A stretch of 64,000 nucleotides of DNA from an uncultured Bacteroidales bacterium (GCA_900315245.1 OMYJ01000003.1:32121-96120), one strand, 5' to 3'. Counted from the stretch's first letter, positions 34,900-45,485 are shown. The notes: generated from the sequence alone by a model not told the origin. Translations and numbers: made by a program.

Positions 34900-34911
34900 A
34901 CTTTTCTGTTT

Positions 34912-35760
34912 TTATACCAACCCACGCCATCCCATAAACATCTTGGTCACTTCGCCATCGTGGTGGTCGAAGAAGAGACTTTTGCCTGTATCAAGGGTCT
35001 GGATCTGCGCCATATCGTCGGAGGTGAGTTCGAAATCGAAGATGTTGAGATTCTCGGCCATGCGTTCCTTGTGCGTTGACTTCGGGATGATGATGACCCC
35101 ACGCTGCAGCAGCCAGCGCAAAGCCACCTGCGGAATGCTCTTCCCGTACTTCTTGCCAATCTCGCCAAGCAATTCGTTGGAGAAGAAGCCGTTGCGACCT
35201 TCGGCCAACGGTCCCCACGACATAATACGGCAGTCAAGTTCGTCCATATACTTTTTGGCCTCCACCTGCTGGTCAAACACGTGCGTTTCCACTTGGTTGA
35301 CCATCGGCTTCACTTCCACATTCGACGCGAGGTCAATAAGGTGGTCGGGATAGAAGTTGCTCACGCCGATGGCGCGTAATTTGCCTTCGCGGTAAGCTTC
35401 CTCCAATGCGCGGTAGGCACCGTAGCGGTCGCAGAAGGGCTGGTGCAGCAGCATCAGGTCGATGTACTCCATCTGCAGTTTGCGCAAACTCTCGTCGATG
35501 CTGGTTTTTGCCTTTTCGTAACCATAGTTCGATATCCAGATTTTCGACACGATGAAGACCTCGTCGCGGGCGATGCCACTTTGTTTCACTGCGTTTCCCA
35601 CACCTTCCTCGTTGGCGTAAGCCTGCGCCGTGTCAATCATACGGTATCCGACACTCAATGCGTCACTCACGCACCGTTCACACTCTTCAGGTGTTACCTG
35701 ATAAACGCCATACCCCAATTGAGGCATTTCAACTCCATTAGATAATTTGATGATTTTCAT
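34912..35760 (-). CDS. Aldo/keto reductase (2,5-diketo-D-gluconate reductase-like)
   Basis: MPQLGYGVYQV..GYRMIDTAQAYANEEGVG..FIVSKIW..IDLMLLHQP..IPKSTHKERMAEN. Confidence 0.85.
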   Translation of the reverse strand: MKIIKLSNGVEMPQLGYGVYQVTPEECERCVSDALSVGYRMIDTAQAYANEEGVGNAVKQSGIARDEVFIVSKIWISNYGYEKAKTSIDESLRKLQMEYIDLMLLHQPFCDRYGAYRALEEAYREGKLRAIGVSNFYPDHLIDLASNVEVKPMVNQVETHVFDQQVEAKKYMDELDCRIMSWGPLAEGRNGFFSNELLGEIGKKYGKSIPQVALRWLLQRGVIIIPKSTHKERMAENLNIFDFELTSDDMAQIQTLDTGKSLFFDHHDGEVTKMFMGWRGLV

Positions 35761-35818
35761 AACATATTGGTTTTCTTTGTTTTATAATATCCTTGTTATC
35801 CTTGCCAATTTGATGAGG

Positions 35819-35826
35819 CAAAAATA
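35819..35826 (-). promoter_or_regulatory. -7 box (CAAAAATA on the + strand) for 34912..35760
   Basis: gaggcaaaaatacatcc, 59 nt upstream of the ATG at 35760. Confidence 0.45.
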
Positions 35827-35914
35827 CATCCTTTTGCGTTGCGCAAGTTTCACAAAAAACATCAAAACTTTCACAATAAGCACAAAAGTTTTGCGTTTTA
35901 TCTTAACTTGAATT

Positions 35915-36025
35915 ACCACGAATGAATCACGAATAGACCACGAATGAATCATCAATTAATTCATTGTAATTCGTGAATAATTTATGATAATTCACGATAA
36001 TTCATGTGAGATTTACGATAATCCA
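35915..36025. promoter_or_regulatory. Repeat-rich divergent control region (CACGAATGAAT / ATTCGTGAAT words in dyad and ~10-11-nt direct arrangement); candidate AraC operator
   Basis: ccacgaatgaatcacgaatagaccacgaatgaatcatcaattaattcattgtaattcgtgaataatttatgataattcacgataattcatgtgag, immediately upstream of the AraC gene. Confidence 0.4.
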
Positions 36026-36051
36026 TATTAAAGTATAATGTTATTCGCGTT

Positions 36052-36870
36052 ATGAAAATTGATTTCCTCTATTCCACCGATTTCCTCGGCATGAACGCGC
36101 AAGAACTGAGCCACACCTGCATGCATCTGCTCTGCACAGCTGGCGAAGGGAGTTTCGTGTTCAACGAGAAATGCTACCACATCGTGAAAAATGACCTGGT
36201 GGTGATGCCGAATCCCAGCCGGGCGAAGAATCTTGCCGCCGCACCGGGAATGCAGGTGGAGTGGTTCGCCGCCGACTACAAGTTCCTGCAGAACCTGCTG
36301 CCCTCGAACAACTACGGCATCGGGGGCGCCATCTCCCTTAACCACGATCCCGTCATCAAGCTCACGGATGAGCAGGCAGCCATCCTCCTCGCCGACTTCC
36401 ACCGCCTCCGAGACCGCATGAACGACCGCGACCTGCTGTTCTACCGCGAGTTGATGGGCAGCCTCTGCCTGACAATGATGTATGACATCTTCGAACCGCA
36501 CGCGCAGCGCGACGCCACCGATCCCCACAGCGACCGCACGGCCTATATCGTCAAGCAGCTGATGGACTTGCTTTCCACGGGCATCAGCCGCACGGAGCGC
36601 GAGGTGAGTTACTATGCCGAGCGGCTACACGTGTCGCCGAAGTATCTCTCCGCCACCGTCAAGCGCGTCACCGGCCACAGCGTCAGCAGCTTCATCGACC
36701 GCCACACGGTGCCCATCCTGAAGAAATATCTTAATGATGAACGGCTCTCGCTCACGCAGATCGCCGACCGTATGAATTTCACGTCGCTCTCCTATTTCAG
36801 CCGCTATTGCACCAAGCATCTCGGACAGTCGCCCAGCGAGTACAGGCGAAGTTTGCAGCCCAAGGGGTAA
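36052..36870 (+). CDS. AraC-family transcriptional regulator
   Basis: C-terminal HTH pair: ..YYAERLHVSPKYLSATVKRVTGHS..SLTQIADRMNFTSLSYFSRYCTKHLGQSPSEYR. Confidence 0.85.
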   Translation: MKIDFLYSTDFLGMNAQELSHTCMHLLCTAGEGSFVFNEKCYHIVKNDLVVMPNPSRAKNLAAAPGMQVEWFAADYKFLQNLLPSNNYGIGGAISLNHDPVIKLTDEQAAILLADFHRLRDRMNDRDLLFYRELMGSLCLTMMYDIFEPHAQRDATDPHSDRTAYIVKQLMDLLSTGISRTEREVSYYAERLHVSPKYLSATVKRVTGHSVSSFIDRHTVPILKKYLNDERLSLTQIADRMNFTSLSYFSRYCTKHLGQSPSEYRRSLQPKG

Positions 36871-36878
36871 ATTCTTTG

Positions 36879-37523
36879 CTATTTCAACATTTTCAACAGC
36901 GGCGACCGGCTCATATCTGTAGGGTTGGTGCCGGGAACACCTTCGGGGACGGGTAATCCGAGCTCTTCAAAATGCTTTATCCAATATTCGGGCAAATGTC
37001 CTTCATCATCGCGCCAGTTCATCGGCTTCGTCGGGAAAATGTCGCCAAAGGCCACCTGGATGAGCTCCGAACAGTAGTAGGCATCGTTGTCGGGCAGAAA
37101 GGCGTTGTCGTAGGGCTTCCCGACAAGTTTCTTGGCACGGGCGATGACTGCAGCGGTGTCGAATGGTACGGTGAAACGGTAGATGTCGATATTTCCTCGG
37201 AAGAATCCGAGATTGTTTTCCCTTTCGAATTGGTTGTAGGGTATTCGCTGCACGCCGTACTTTGGTGAGGCTTCGATAACCCACACGTCGTCAGCGCTGT
37301 CGCGTTCCACCAAGGCCACGTGGGTGTATTCGCCTGTGCTGGCCGAGATGGCCTTTTCCATATTCGAACGATTATTATTCAAAAACAGTAAATCCCCGCT
37401 TTGCAGGGTGTCGTTGATCTCGTTGCGGCACACCACATCAAGCTCCCCTAACCGGTCGCGCTGCTGCGCTTGCACGCTGACGGTCAAGAGGAAGGTGATG
37501 AGGACAAGGAGGGCCTTTTTCAT
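36879..37523 (-). CDS. YiiX-family permuted papain-like (NlpC/P60) hydrolase
   Basis: Signal peptide, then ..GEYTHVALVERD..VWVIEASPKYGVQRIPY..YYCSELIQVAF. Confidence 0.6.
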   Translation of the reverse strand: MKKALLVLITFLLTVSVQAQQRDRLGELDVVCRNEINDTLQSGDLLFLNNNRSNMEKAISASTGEYTHVALVERDSADDVWVIEASPKYGVQRIPYNQFERENNLGFFRGNIDIYRFTVPFDTAAVIARAKKLVGKPYDNAFLPDNDAYYCSELIQVAFGDIFPTKPMNWRDDEGHLPEYWIKHFEELGLPVPEGVPGTNPTDMSRSPLLKMLK

Positions 37524-37546
37524 GCCTTTTGAGCAGTTTACTATAG

Positions 37547-38722
37547 TTAGTAGTTCTCCGCGTTGATCTCAAACCAGCCCTGGGCGTAGAAGCAGACGGG
37601 GCAGACCTTGGGGGCTTCGGTGCCGATGACGATGTGACCGCAGTTGCGACACTCCCAGATGCTGACACCGCTCTTGCGGAAGACTTCGGCGGCCTCCACG
37701 TTGTGCAACAGGGCACGGTAACGCTCCTCGTGGTGCTTTTCGATGGCCGCGACGGCCCGGAACTGCTCAGCCAGCTCGTGGAATCCCTCCTCGTCGGCTT
37801 CGCGGGCGAACTTGTCGTACATGTCCGTCCACTCGTAGTTCTCGCCTTCGGCGGCGTGCAGCAGGTTCTCGGCGGTCGTGCCCACGCCGCCCAAATGGTT
37901 GAACCAGAGCTTTGCGTGTTCGCGCTCGTTGTCGGCGGTTTTCAGGAAGAGGGCGGCAATCTGCTCGTAGCCGTTCCGCTGGGCCACAGAGGCGTAGTAG
38001 GTATATTTGTTGCGGGCCATGCTCTCGCCAGCAAAAGCGGCCTCCAAGTTCTTCTCCGTGCGCGTCCCGGCATACTTGCTTGCACTCGCGGGCGCATTGG
38101 CTTCCACAACAACCTTCTCGAAATCCGAAGCGGGATGTTTGCAGATGGGACAGATGAAGTCCTCCGGAAGTTCCTCGCCTACATACTCGTAGCCGCAGAT
38201 GACACAGCGCCAGACGGTCTTGCCCTCGGCGGTCTGCCCCACAGGTTGCGGCTTCGGCTTGATGTGCTCCATGTAGTAGCTATACGTGGCGGAAGGCACC
38301 TCGTTGAGCACTTCCGCTTCGGAGACGGGCCCGATGAAGAGGACGTGCGAGCCGAGATCGACGACCTGCTCCACCTCGACGGAGATAAAAGCGTTGGTGC
38401 CGCGAGTGACGGCTAATGTGCCGTTCGCGACACGGCGGCAGTCCTTGAAGTCGGCGAACTTATCGACTTCGCGACCGCTCTGGAAGCCATAGTGCTTGAA
38501 CAGCTCGAAATCGGCAGCCTCACTGATGATGGAGGCGGTGAACCGGCGCGAATGCTGGATGAGTTCGGTGGTCAGGTTGCCCTTGTTGAGGGCCACGGAG
38601 ATGCGGTCAGGCTGCATGGCCACCTGCGCAATAGTGTTGCTGATACAGCCGTTGTCGCGGCCGCCATCACAGGTGCTGATGACGAACAGGCCGTATTGGA
38701 TGTTGAAAAGGGGGTTGCTCAT
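37547..38722 (-). CDS. Flavin reductase - rubredoxin - rubrerythrin fusion protein
   Basis: [20 protein letters not shown] (flavin reductase-like); [19 protein letters not shown] (rubredoxin); [38 protein letters not shown] (rubrerythrin). Confidence 0.8.
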   Translation of the reverse strand: MSNPLFNIQYGLFVISTCDGGRDNGCISNTIAQVAMQPDRISVALNKGNLTTELIQHSRRFTASIISEAADFELFKHYGFQSGREVDKFADFKDCRRVANGTLAVTRGTNAFISVEVEQVVDLGSHVLFIGPVSEAEVLNEVPSATYSYYMEHIKPKPQPVGQTAEGKTVWRCVICGYEYVGEELPEDFICPICKHPASDFEKVVVEANAPASASKYAGTRTEKNLEAAFAGESMARNKYTYYASVAQRNGYEQIAALFLKTADNEREHAKLWFNHLGGVGTTAENLLHAAEGENYEWTDMYDKFAREADEEGFHELAEQFRAVAAIEKHHEERYRALLHNVEAAEVFRKSGVSIWECRNCGHIVIGTEAPKVCPVCFYAQGWFEINAENY

Positions 38723-38746
38723 AATAATATCAGTTTTTTATGAGCG

Positions 38747-38754
38747 CAAAGATA
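38747..38754 (-). promoter_or_regulatory. -7 box (CAAAGATA on the + strand) for 37547..38722
   Basis: gagcgcaaagatatat, 25 nt upstream of the ATG at 38722. Confidence 0.5.
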
Positions 38755-38809
38755 TATAAAATACGGATATGTACAGACAGTATATAGGTTGCTGACAATC
38801 TTGGGATTG

Positions 38810-40399
38810 CTATTTGCAGCTTGTCGCCACCTCCTTGACAAAACTCATAAACAGCGGATGCGGATGCAGCACGGTGCTGGAGTATTCGGGATGGAATTGC
38901 GTGCCGATGAACCAGCGGTGGCTGGGAATCTCCACAATCTCGACCAAGTCGTTGTCGGGATTCGTGCCCACGCATTGCATGCCGTTCTTCTCGTACTCTT
39001 CCTTGTATCGGTTGTTGAACTCGTAGCGGTGACGGTGGCGCTCGCTGATATGGAGGGTTCCATAGATCTCCGCCACGCGGCTGCCTTCACGCAACTCGCA
39101 GTCGTAGGCTCCCAAGCGCATCGTGCCGCCCATATTGGTCACCGATTTTTGCTCCTCCATCAGGTCTATCACATTGTGCGGGGTGGTCGGATCCATCTCG
39201 GCAGAGTTGGCATCGCTGTATTTCAACACGTTGCGAGCAAATTCGATCACCATCATCTGCATACCCAAGCAGATGCCGAACGCAGGCATGTTGTGGGTGC
39301 GGGCGTATTCCACCGCGATGATTTTACCCTCGATGCCGCGCTGCCCGAAGCCGGGACACACCAAGATTCCAGCCACGCCTTTAAGTTTCTCCGCCACATT
39401 CTCTTCGGTGATGTTCTCACTGTTGATGAAATCGATTTTTACTTTCACATGATTGTAAATGCCCGCTAAAGAGAGACTTTCGCGAATGCTCTTGTAAGCA
39501 TCCTGCAGGTCGTACTTGCCTACCAGTCCTACGCGGACTTCCTTTTCGGCGGTGCGTTGGAGGTCCAGGAACCGGTGCCAGCCCTCCATCTTGGGGGTCT
39601 CGCCCACGGGAACACCGAACTTCCGCAACAACGCCGCATCCAATCCCTGTTTCTGCATGTTGACGGGCACTTCGTAGATACTCGGCAGGTCCTCGCTCTG
39701 CACCACGCACTCCAAATCGACGTTGCAGAAGGAGGCCACCTTCTGGCGGATGCCGTCGGAGAGGTGCTTTTCGGTGCGCAGGACGAGCACGTCGGGTTGG
39801 ATGCCGGCGCCCTGCATCTCCTTCACAGAGTGCTGGGTGGGCTTGGTCTTGAGTTCGTCGGCGGCGCGCAGATAGGGCACGTAGGTGAGGTGCACGCTCA
39901 CGGCGCGGTTGCCCAGCTCCCATTTCAGTTGTCGGATGGCTTCCAAAAACGGCGCCGACTCAATGTCGCCGATGGTGCCGCCGATTTCTGTGATGACAAA
40001 GTCAACGTCGTCGTCACGCAGCATCCGGCGCTTGATTTCGTCGGTGATATGCGGCACCACCTGGATGGTTTTGCCCAAATAGTCGCCGTGCCGCTCCTTG
40101 TCGATGACGGTTTTATAGATTCTGCCAGTGGTCACGGAGTTGGCACGGGTGGTGCGGATGCCCGTGAATCGTTCGTAATGACCCAAGTCCAAGTCGGTTT
40201 CCATCCCATCGACGGTCACGTAGCACTCGCCGTGTTCGTAGGGGTTCAGCGTGCCAGGGTCGATGTTGATGTAGGGGTCGAATTTCTGGATGGTGATGGT
40301 ATATCCCCGCGCCTGCAGCAGTTTTCCGATGCTGGCCGAGATGATGCCTTTTCCTAAGGAGGAGACCACGCCTCCGGTTACAAATATGTAGCGTTTCAT
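38810..40399 (-). CDS. pyrG: CTP synthase
   Basis: YIFVTGGVVSSLGKGIISASIGKLLQARGY..KFDPYINIDPGT..; C-terminal GATase ..GICLGMQ.. Confidence 0.95.
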   Translation of the reverse strand: MKRYIFVTGGVVSSLGKGIISASIGKLLQARGYTITIQKFDPYINIDPGTLNPYEHGECYVTVDGMETDLDLGHYERFTGIRTTRANSVTTGRIYKTVIDKERHGDYLGKTIQVVPHITDEIKRRMLRDDDVDFVITEIGGTIGDIESAPFLEAIRQLKWELGNRAVSVHLTYVPYLRAADELKTKPTQHSVKEMQGAGIQPDVLVLRTEKHLSDGIRQKVASFCNVDLECVVQSEDLPSIYEVPVNMQKQGLDAALLRKFGVPVGETPKMEGWHRFLDLQRTAEKEVRVGLVGKYDLQDAYKSIRESLSLAGIYNHVKVKIDFINSENITEENVAEKLKGVAGILVCPGFGQRGIEGKIIAVEYARTHNMPAFGICLGMQMMVIEFARNVLKYSDANSAEMDPTTPHNVIDLMEEQKSVTNMGGTMRLGAYDCELREGSRVAEIYGTLHISERHRHRYEFNNRYKEEYEKNGMQCVGTNPDNDLVEIVEIPSHRWFIGTQFHPEYSSTVLHPHPLFMSFVKEVATSCK

Positions 40400-40426
40400 A
40401 ATGATTTAGAGTTTAAGGTTTAGGGG

Positions 40427-42199
40427 TTAGAGTATAATATTTACGGTTTCGTACCAGTTTACGAAGCTGCGACAGGCGAGACGGGCGCCGCCTGCGGTGG
40501 GATAGCGGCCAGAGAAGTACCAATCGCCGGGATGATTCGGGATGGCTTCGTGAAGGCCTTCCAACGACTGGAAGACCAACTCTATCGGACAGTGCACGTC
40601 GGCAGGTCTCAACAACTCGACCATTTTCGCGTTCAGTTCCTCTGCGGTGAACGGTTCGTACAGTTGCCTCAACGCCTCCTCGTGATCCTGCCGGCAGTTT
40701 TCATACACCTTGGTTATCCAATCCTCCATCTTCCGTTCTTTTAGCAGTGAAATACAAGCTTGGAAGGCGATGAATTCCTCGATGCGGCCCATGTCGATGC
40801 CGTAGAAGTCGGGGTAACGGATTTGCGGTGCCGAACTGACCACCACAATTTTCTTCGGATGCAGTCTGTCCAAGATCTTCAGGATGCTTTCCCGCATGGT
40901 TGTGCCCCGCACGATGCTGTCGTCGATGACCACCAAGTTGTCAATGCCGGGACGGATGGAGTTGAAAGTGATGTCATAGACGTGGGCGGCCAAGTCGTTG
41001 CGGGTGCTACCCTCGGTGATGAAGGTTCGAAGTTTGATGTCCTTCCACACCACCTTCTCGGCGCGGACATTCGGCGCTATGGTGCGGATGCCCTCCACCA
41101 TGCCGTGGTAGGCCACCTCCGCTGTGTTGGGGATGTAGGAAAACACCGTGTTCTCCACATCGCCGTCGATGGCTTTCAAAATGGGGTCGCGAAGTTGGAA
41201 ACCCAAAGTCTTACGCTCGCGATGGATGTCGCTGTCGTTGCCCCGGCTGAAATAGATCCGTTCGAAGGAGCATGCAGAGAACTTCTCCGCCGGCATCACT
41301 TGTTCCAAACGGATTTCCCCTTTGCGGTTGATGATGATGGCCTGTCCGGGCTGCAGCTCCTGAATGTCGTTTTGTTGCAGGTTGAAGGTGGTCTGCAGGA
41401 CGGGGCGTTCGCTGGTGATGGCGCAGATCTCATCGTTTCGGTAGTAGAAGGCGGGGCGTATTCCCCACGGGTCGCGCATGGCGAACATCTCGCCGCTGCC
41501 CGTCATCCCGCACATCACATAACCGCCGTCGAAATGCGACATCGTGGACTTCAGGACGTTGGCCATATCTACATGACTGTCAATGTATTCGGTTACTTTC
41601 CGGTCGTCCAGCCCTAACGCCAGTCCCTCTTGGTAACAGCGCTCCACCTCTCGGTCGAGGCGGTGCCCCATCAGTTCCAGCAGAATGTAAGTATCGCTAT
41701 AGACGCGGGGGTATTGCCCTTTGGAGGTGAGGTAGTCGAATACCTCCTCGATATTGGTCATGTTGAAATTGCCGCACAGACAGAGGTTCTTCGCCCGCCA
41801 GTTGTTGCGGCGGAGGAACGGGTGTACGTATTTCAGTCCGCCTTTGCCTGTGGTGGAATAACGAAGATGACCCATGTACAGCTCGCCGGAGAAGGCGGGA
41901 CCTGCGCATGGGTCATCGGGGTCGGGGGCGGAAGCCTGGCGGTAGATGGTGCCGAACACCTTGGTGATGGCGTCCTTGCCCTCCGCTTTTTCGCGGTACA
42001 TGTATTCGTGGCCGGGGGTCTGATGGATGTTGACGCAGGCGACACCGGCCCCTTCCTGACCCCGGTTGTGTTGCTTCTCCATCATCAGGTAGAGTTTGCC
42101 GAGGGCATAATGGCTGTCGCCGTACTTCTTCTCGTAGAATGTCATGGGCTTGAGCAAGCGAACCATCGCCACCCCGCATTCATGTTTTAATACTTCCAT
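40427..42199 (-). CDS. purF: Amidophosphoribosyltransferase (Bacteroidetes long form, class II glutamine amidotransferase)
   Basis: MEVLKHECGVAMVRLLKP..KQHNRGQEGAGVACV.. and a PRTase motif VVIDDSIVRGTT. Only 27 nt upstream of pyrG, so the two are probably one operon. Confidence 0.8.
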   Translation of the reverse strand: MEVLKHECGVAMVRLLKPMTFYEKKYGDSHYALGKLYLMMEKQHNRGQEGAGVACVNIHQTPGHEYMYREKAEGKDAITKVFGTIYRQASAPDPDDPCAGPAFSGELYMGHLRYSTTGKGGLKYVHPFLRRNNWRAKNLCLCGNFNMTNIEEVFDYLTSKGQYPRVYSDTYILLELMGHRLDREVERCYQEGLALGLDDRKVTEYIDSHVDMANVLKSTMSHFDGGYVMCGMTGSGEMFAMRDPWGIRPAFYYRNDEICAITSERPVLQTTFNLQQNDIQELQPGQAIIINRKGEIRLEQVMPAEKFSACSFERIYFSRGNDSDIHRERKTLGFQLRDPILKAIDGDVENTVFSYIPNTAEVAYHGMVEGIRTIAPNVRAEKVVWKDIKLRTFITEGSTRNDLAAHVYDITFNSIRPGIDNLVVIDDSIVRGTTMRESILKILDRLHPKKIVVVSSAPQIRYPDFYGIDMGRIEEFIAFQACISLLKERKMEDWITKVYENCRQDHEEALRQLYEPFTAEELNAKMVELLRPADVHCPIELVFQSLEGLHEAIPNHPGDWYFSGRYPTAGGARLACRSFVNWYETVNIIL

Positions 42200-42225
42200 T
42201 TGTTTGTTAAAAATAAATAAAGCGG

Positions 42226-42233
42226 CAAAGATA
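42226..42233 (-). promoter_or_regulatory. -7 box (CAAAGATA on the + strand) for the purF-pyrG operon
   Basis: agcggcaaagatacac, 27 nt upstream of the ATG at 42199. Confidence 0.5.
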
Positions 42234-42308
42234 CACTTTTTATATTGTTATGGTTCTTTTCATCAAAACTTTAACACGTGTGTAACTGTCTCTATTATGA
42301 TTTTTGTG

Positions 42309-42316
42309 TACTTTTG
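42309..42316 (+). promoter_or_regulatory. -7 box TACTTTTG for the C10 peptidase gene
   Basis: gtgtacttttgccgctcaaattc, 42 nt upstream of the ATG at 42358. Confidence 0.5.
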
Positions 42317-42357
42317 CCGCTCAAATTCAAGTCGAATCTATAATTATTTCATAGCAA

Positions 42358-43464
42358 ATGGAAAAGTTACATTCTTGGTGCAGATTTGGAATGGCAACAG
42401 CACTTTTTTTGCTGCTTTTTTTCAGTGCATCTATTGTAAAGGCTCAAAACACGCCCCTTAAAACTGTGGCTGTTCCACATCCCGCCACCCCATTGCTTCG
42501 CTCGGGAGGACTGCTTTCCACGCAGTGGGATCAGGATTATCCGTACAATCAGCTTTGTCCGAGGGATCCGCTGAACGGCAACTCCTATAGTTATGCCGGA
42601 TGCCCGGCTGTAGCAATGGCGCAGATTATCAATTATTTGCGGACGACACAGGACACCCGCTTTTCCGATGGCGACGATTACGCCCATCACTACTTAGGCA
42701 GAAATTTCAATATTGACGATGACTGGGAAACGTTGCAGTTCCCCTCATTCCCGCAGTTGAATGAGTTGTTGGACTCCGTGGATGCCGCTTTCCTTCGTGG
42801 CGATGAACTATCCGATGAATTGGTCGCGGCGCTGATTTTCGCTTGCGGCACGGCCTGCACGCAGGTCTATTCCTCGCAAGGATCAGGCACATTCGCGGTG
42901 GATCAGGCGTATGATGCCTATCTGCGGTTCGGTTTCACCAACTGCCGATTGTTCCGCAACCCTGATTCTCTTATGTACGCGGCCTTGATTTCCAATTTGC
43001 AAGCCGGATATCCCGCCCATTTGGCCGTGGAAAATCCCGAGGGGACGGCCGGGCACAATGTGGTGGTGGATGGTTACCGCGAAACGGATGGCAAGTTCCA
43101 TATCAATTTCGGCTACGGCGGCTCTTTGGACAACTGGTATGACATCCCCGACCCCAATTTCTACTACGGATTGACGAAGTTGGAGGGAATTATCGTGGAT
43201 ATCATTCCGACCACTTCGGCTGTTCAAGAATTCACCCGCCAACAACCGATGGAAGTCTATCCGAATCCCGTCTCAGACATCCTCTATGTGAAGGGCCTTC
43301 CTTGCGAACAGGTACACTTTACCATTTACAATACTTTAGGACAAGAAATTACGGCAGGTTCCACTTATGGGACGATTTCTGTCTCTGATTTGGAAAACGG
43401 GTTCTATTTTTTGAAGGTCAAGGGTAAGGATTTTCAAAAAACATCGAAATTCATGGTGAAATAA
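42358..43464 (+). CDS. C10-family (streptopain-like) cysteine peptidase with T9SS C-terminal sorting domain
   Basis: WDQDYPYNQLCP..AGCPAVAMAQIINY (Cys), GHNVVVDGY (His), and the tail EVYPNPVSDILYV..NGFYFLKV. Confidence 0.75.
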   Translation: MEKLHSWCRFGMATALFLLLFFSASIVKAQNTPLKTVAVPHPATPLLRSGGLLSTQWDQDYPYNQLCPRDPLNGNSYSYAGCPAVAMAQIINYLRTTQDTRFSDGDDYAHHYLGRNFNIDDDWETLQFPSFPQLNELLDSVDAAFLRGDELSDELVAALIFACGTACTQVYSSQGSGTFAVDQAYDAYLRFGFTNCRLFRNPDSLMYAALISNLQAGYPAHLAVENPEGTAGHNVVVDGYRETDGKFHINFGYGGSLDNWYDIPDPNFYYGLTKLEGIIVDIIPTTSAVQEFTRQQPMEVYPNPVSDILYVKGLPCEQVHFTIYNTLGQEITAGSTYGTISVSDLENGFYFLKVKGKDFQKTSKFMVK

Positions 43465-43487
43465 ACCGGCTTAAGCGTTCTTATTCA

Positions 43488-43922
43488 TTAGGGATTCGTA
43501 CAACATATCTTATAATACCGCTTCCGTATCACCACCAACCGCACCAGCCAAATCGCGAAGAAGACATCGGACAGGATTTTGTAGAGCGGGGGCATCGTGA
43601 CGAACCAGGAGACGATCCAGAGGACGAGGTCGATGTCGAACAGGATGTTCCAGAGTCGTTCGCGGTCGTGAAACGTGCAGAGAATCTCGCCGTTTTGCGG
43701 TATCTCCACTTGTGCCGTGGATGACAGTGACAGGTCGATGCTCTTGCCACTTTTCCCAAAACGCAGCGGACCGCCGAACTGTACTTTAAGGCTGTAAGTT
43801 CCGGGCGGCGCTTCAATACGCAGGTCGTGGTCCCTCATCATCCCGGCGAAAAACCCGTTGATGAAGACGGCATGCGGCAGCTTCGGCTCGTACCAGTGGC
43901 GGATATGGCGGACGGTCAGCAT
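43488..43922 (-). CDS. Hypothetical membrane protein
   Basis: 144-aa ORF with hydrophobic C-terminal helices (LVLWIVSWFVTMPPLY..VFFAIWLVRLVV). Confidence 0.4.
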   Translation of the reverse strand: MLTVRHIRHWYEPKLPHAVFINGFFAGMMRDHDLRIEAPPGTYSLKVQFGGPLRFGKSGKSIDLSLSSTAQVEIPQNGEILCTFHDRERLWNILFDIDLVLWIVSWFVTMPPLYKILSDVFFAIWLVRLVVIRKRYYKICCTNP

Positions 43923-43933
43923 TATATCCGAAA

Positions 43934-45367
43934 TCAGGCTTCTTTCACAAACAAGTCGTCCATCTTCACCTGCGTCTGCACGATGCCGCTATGGGCATTC
44001 TGCCGGATTCCGTAAGTGGTGATCATGACCAACTGCAAGGCTTTGCGTGTGTGTGTGGCTTCGCGGAACACCTGGAGCTTCTTTCTGAGCTTCTCCTCAT
44101 AATCCTTGTCGATGGCAAACTCATCCACGGAGAACTTGATTTCGCCAATGTTGATGGTACGGTCGCGACGGTCGATGATGAGGTCAATCTGCGCCTTCCC
44201 GCTTTCCGAAGAGCCCTGCCAAGTGGAAATGTCCGTCAACAATGCGCTGATTCCGATGGCTTTCTTGATTTGGCTGACATGATCTTTGCATACTTGCTCA
44301 AAGGTCTGCCCCGCCCAGCTGCTTTTTGCCGGGTTGTCGAGAAGATGGCTCCAAAAGTGTTCGTCGGGATTTTGTTTCCCTTTCAAAAAGCGAAGGTAAA
44401 ACAGCGTGAAATAGTCTGAGAGCTGGTACACCACGTTCTTCTCATTATAGCCAAAGGTGTTGTATGTCCTTGCGAACTGACTGTCCGACAGATTTTTCAG
44501 CATTTCCGTGAGAAGCCCGTTGTCTTCCAAATGCGTTTCATCGATGATCTCTTTCCGGGTGAGGCCCGATTTCTTCGTGGCCAACGCCTCAATGATTTTC
44601 AGGTATCCTTTCGAGGTACCGAACAAGGTCGCGTAAAGGTGGTCGAACTCATCCCACAGCGGGCCTTTGGGCTTGAAGAACACAGCATCGATGTTGGCGA
44701 GGTATGAGAGCTCGTTGTCGAGGAGCTTCAGATAATAAGGGATACCGCCCATCGTCATGTAGCACTCCACAATGTCGTAGCGGCTCCAATGGATGCCCCG
44801 GGAGACCAGGTAACTTTCCGTTTCCTGGAGAGTGAACGGCATCAGGTAGAGCCGTCGTGCGGCACGGTTGAACAAGCCACCCTTGTCGGACAGGATTTTT
44901 TTGGTGATCCACGTGGTAGCGGAGCCGCACACCACCAGCATGATGTCGTTCTGTTGGGCGCCCCAACCGTTCCAGAAAGATTCGAAGGCCGCCAAGAACT
45001 CGCTCTGCCGGGTGTCCAACCACGGAAGTTCGTCGATAAAGACGATTTTCTTCCTGTCTTCGTTAATGTTTTTCAGGAGTTTCTTCAGTTCGGCAAAAGC
45101 CTCCAACCAGTCCGTCGGCGCCTTCTTCACGTCTGCGCCATATTCCTGCAGGGCGAGGTAGAAGTTCTTGAGTTGCGTCTTCTTGGGTTTCTTGTAAAGT
45201 CCCGTGACCTTGAAATCGTACGTGTCGTCGAAGAATTCCTTGACGAGGAAGGTCTTCCCGACGCGGCGGCGACCATAAACGATGACGAACTCCGACTCCT
45301 TGGAGTTGCGGTATTTTTCCAACTGACGGATTTCATACTCACGCCCGATAAAGAGGTTCTTGTCCAT
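43934..45367 (-). CDS. AAA-family ATPase (archaeal-type ATPase, DUF234-like C-terminus)
   Basis: FIGREYEIRQLEKY..FVIVYGRRRVGKTFLVKEFF (Walker A), ..IVFIDELPWL (Walker B). Confidence 0.8.
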   Translation of the reverse strand: MDKNLFIGREYEIRQLEKYRNSKESEFVIVYGRRRVGKTFLVKEFFDDTYDFKVTGLYKKPKKTQLKNFYLALQEYGADVKKAPTDWLEAFAELKKLLKNINEDRKKIVFIDELPWLDTRQSEFLAAFESFWNGWGAQQNDIMLVVCGSATTWITKKILSDKGGLFNRAARRLYLMPFTLQETESYLVSRGIHWSRYDIVECYMTMGGIPYYLKLLDNELSYLANIDAVFFKPKGPLWDEFDHLYATLFGTSKGYLKIIEALATKKSGLTRKEIIDETHLEDNGLLTEMLKNLSDSQFARTYNTFGYNEKNVVYQLSDYFTLFYLRFLKGKQNPDEHFWSHLLDNPAKSSWAGQTFEQVCKDHVSQIKKAIGISALLTDISTWQGSSESGKAQIDLIIDRRDRTINIGEIKFSVDEFAIDKDYEEKLRKKLQVFREATHTRKALQLVMITTYGIRQNAHSGIVQTQVKMDDLFVKEA

Positions 45368-45386
45368 AACGACTGTTTTTCGGGTG

Positions 45387-45394
45387 CAAAAATA
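45387..45394 (-). promoter_or_regulatory. -7 box (CAAAAATA on the + strand) within a 33-nt module repeated at 48686-48718
   Basis: ggtgcaaaaatagaaaaaatatcatatcaaact, 20 nt upstream of the ATG at 45367. Confidence 0.5.
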
Positions 45395-45410
45395 GAAAAA
45401 ATATCATATC

Positions 45411-45461
45411 AAACTCAAGTGCGGAAACATTGTTTTTTTATGTGTTTCCGCACCCGAGTTT
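45411..45461. repeat. Inverted repeat AAACTCAAGTGCGGAAACA-N-TGTTTCCGCACCCGAGTTT (copy 1)
   Basis: Direct reading. Its twin is at 45486-45536. Confidence 0.85.
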
Positions 45462-45485
45462 TATGCACATCATGAAAAGTGAATG

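Noticed and set aside
36028-36528. 166-aa minus-strand ORF
   Set aside because: It is antisense to the AraC-family regulator gene, which has a clear C-terminal HTH signature.
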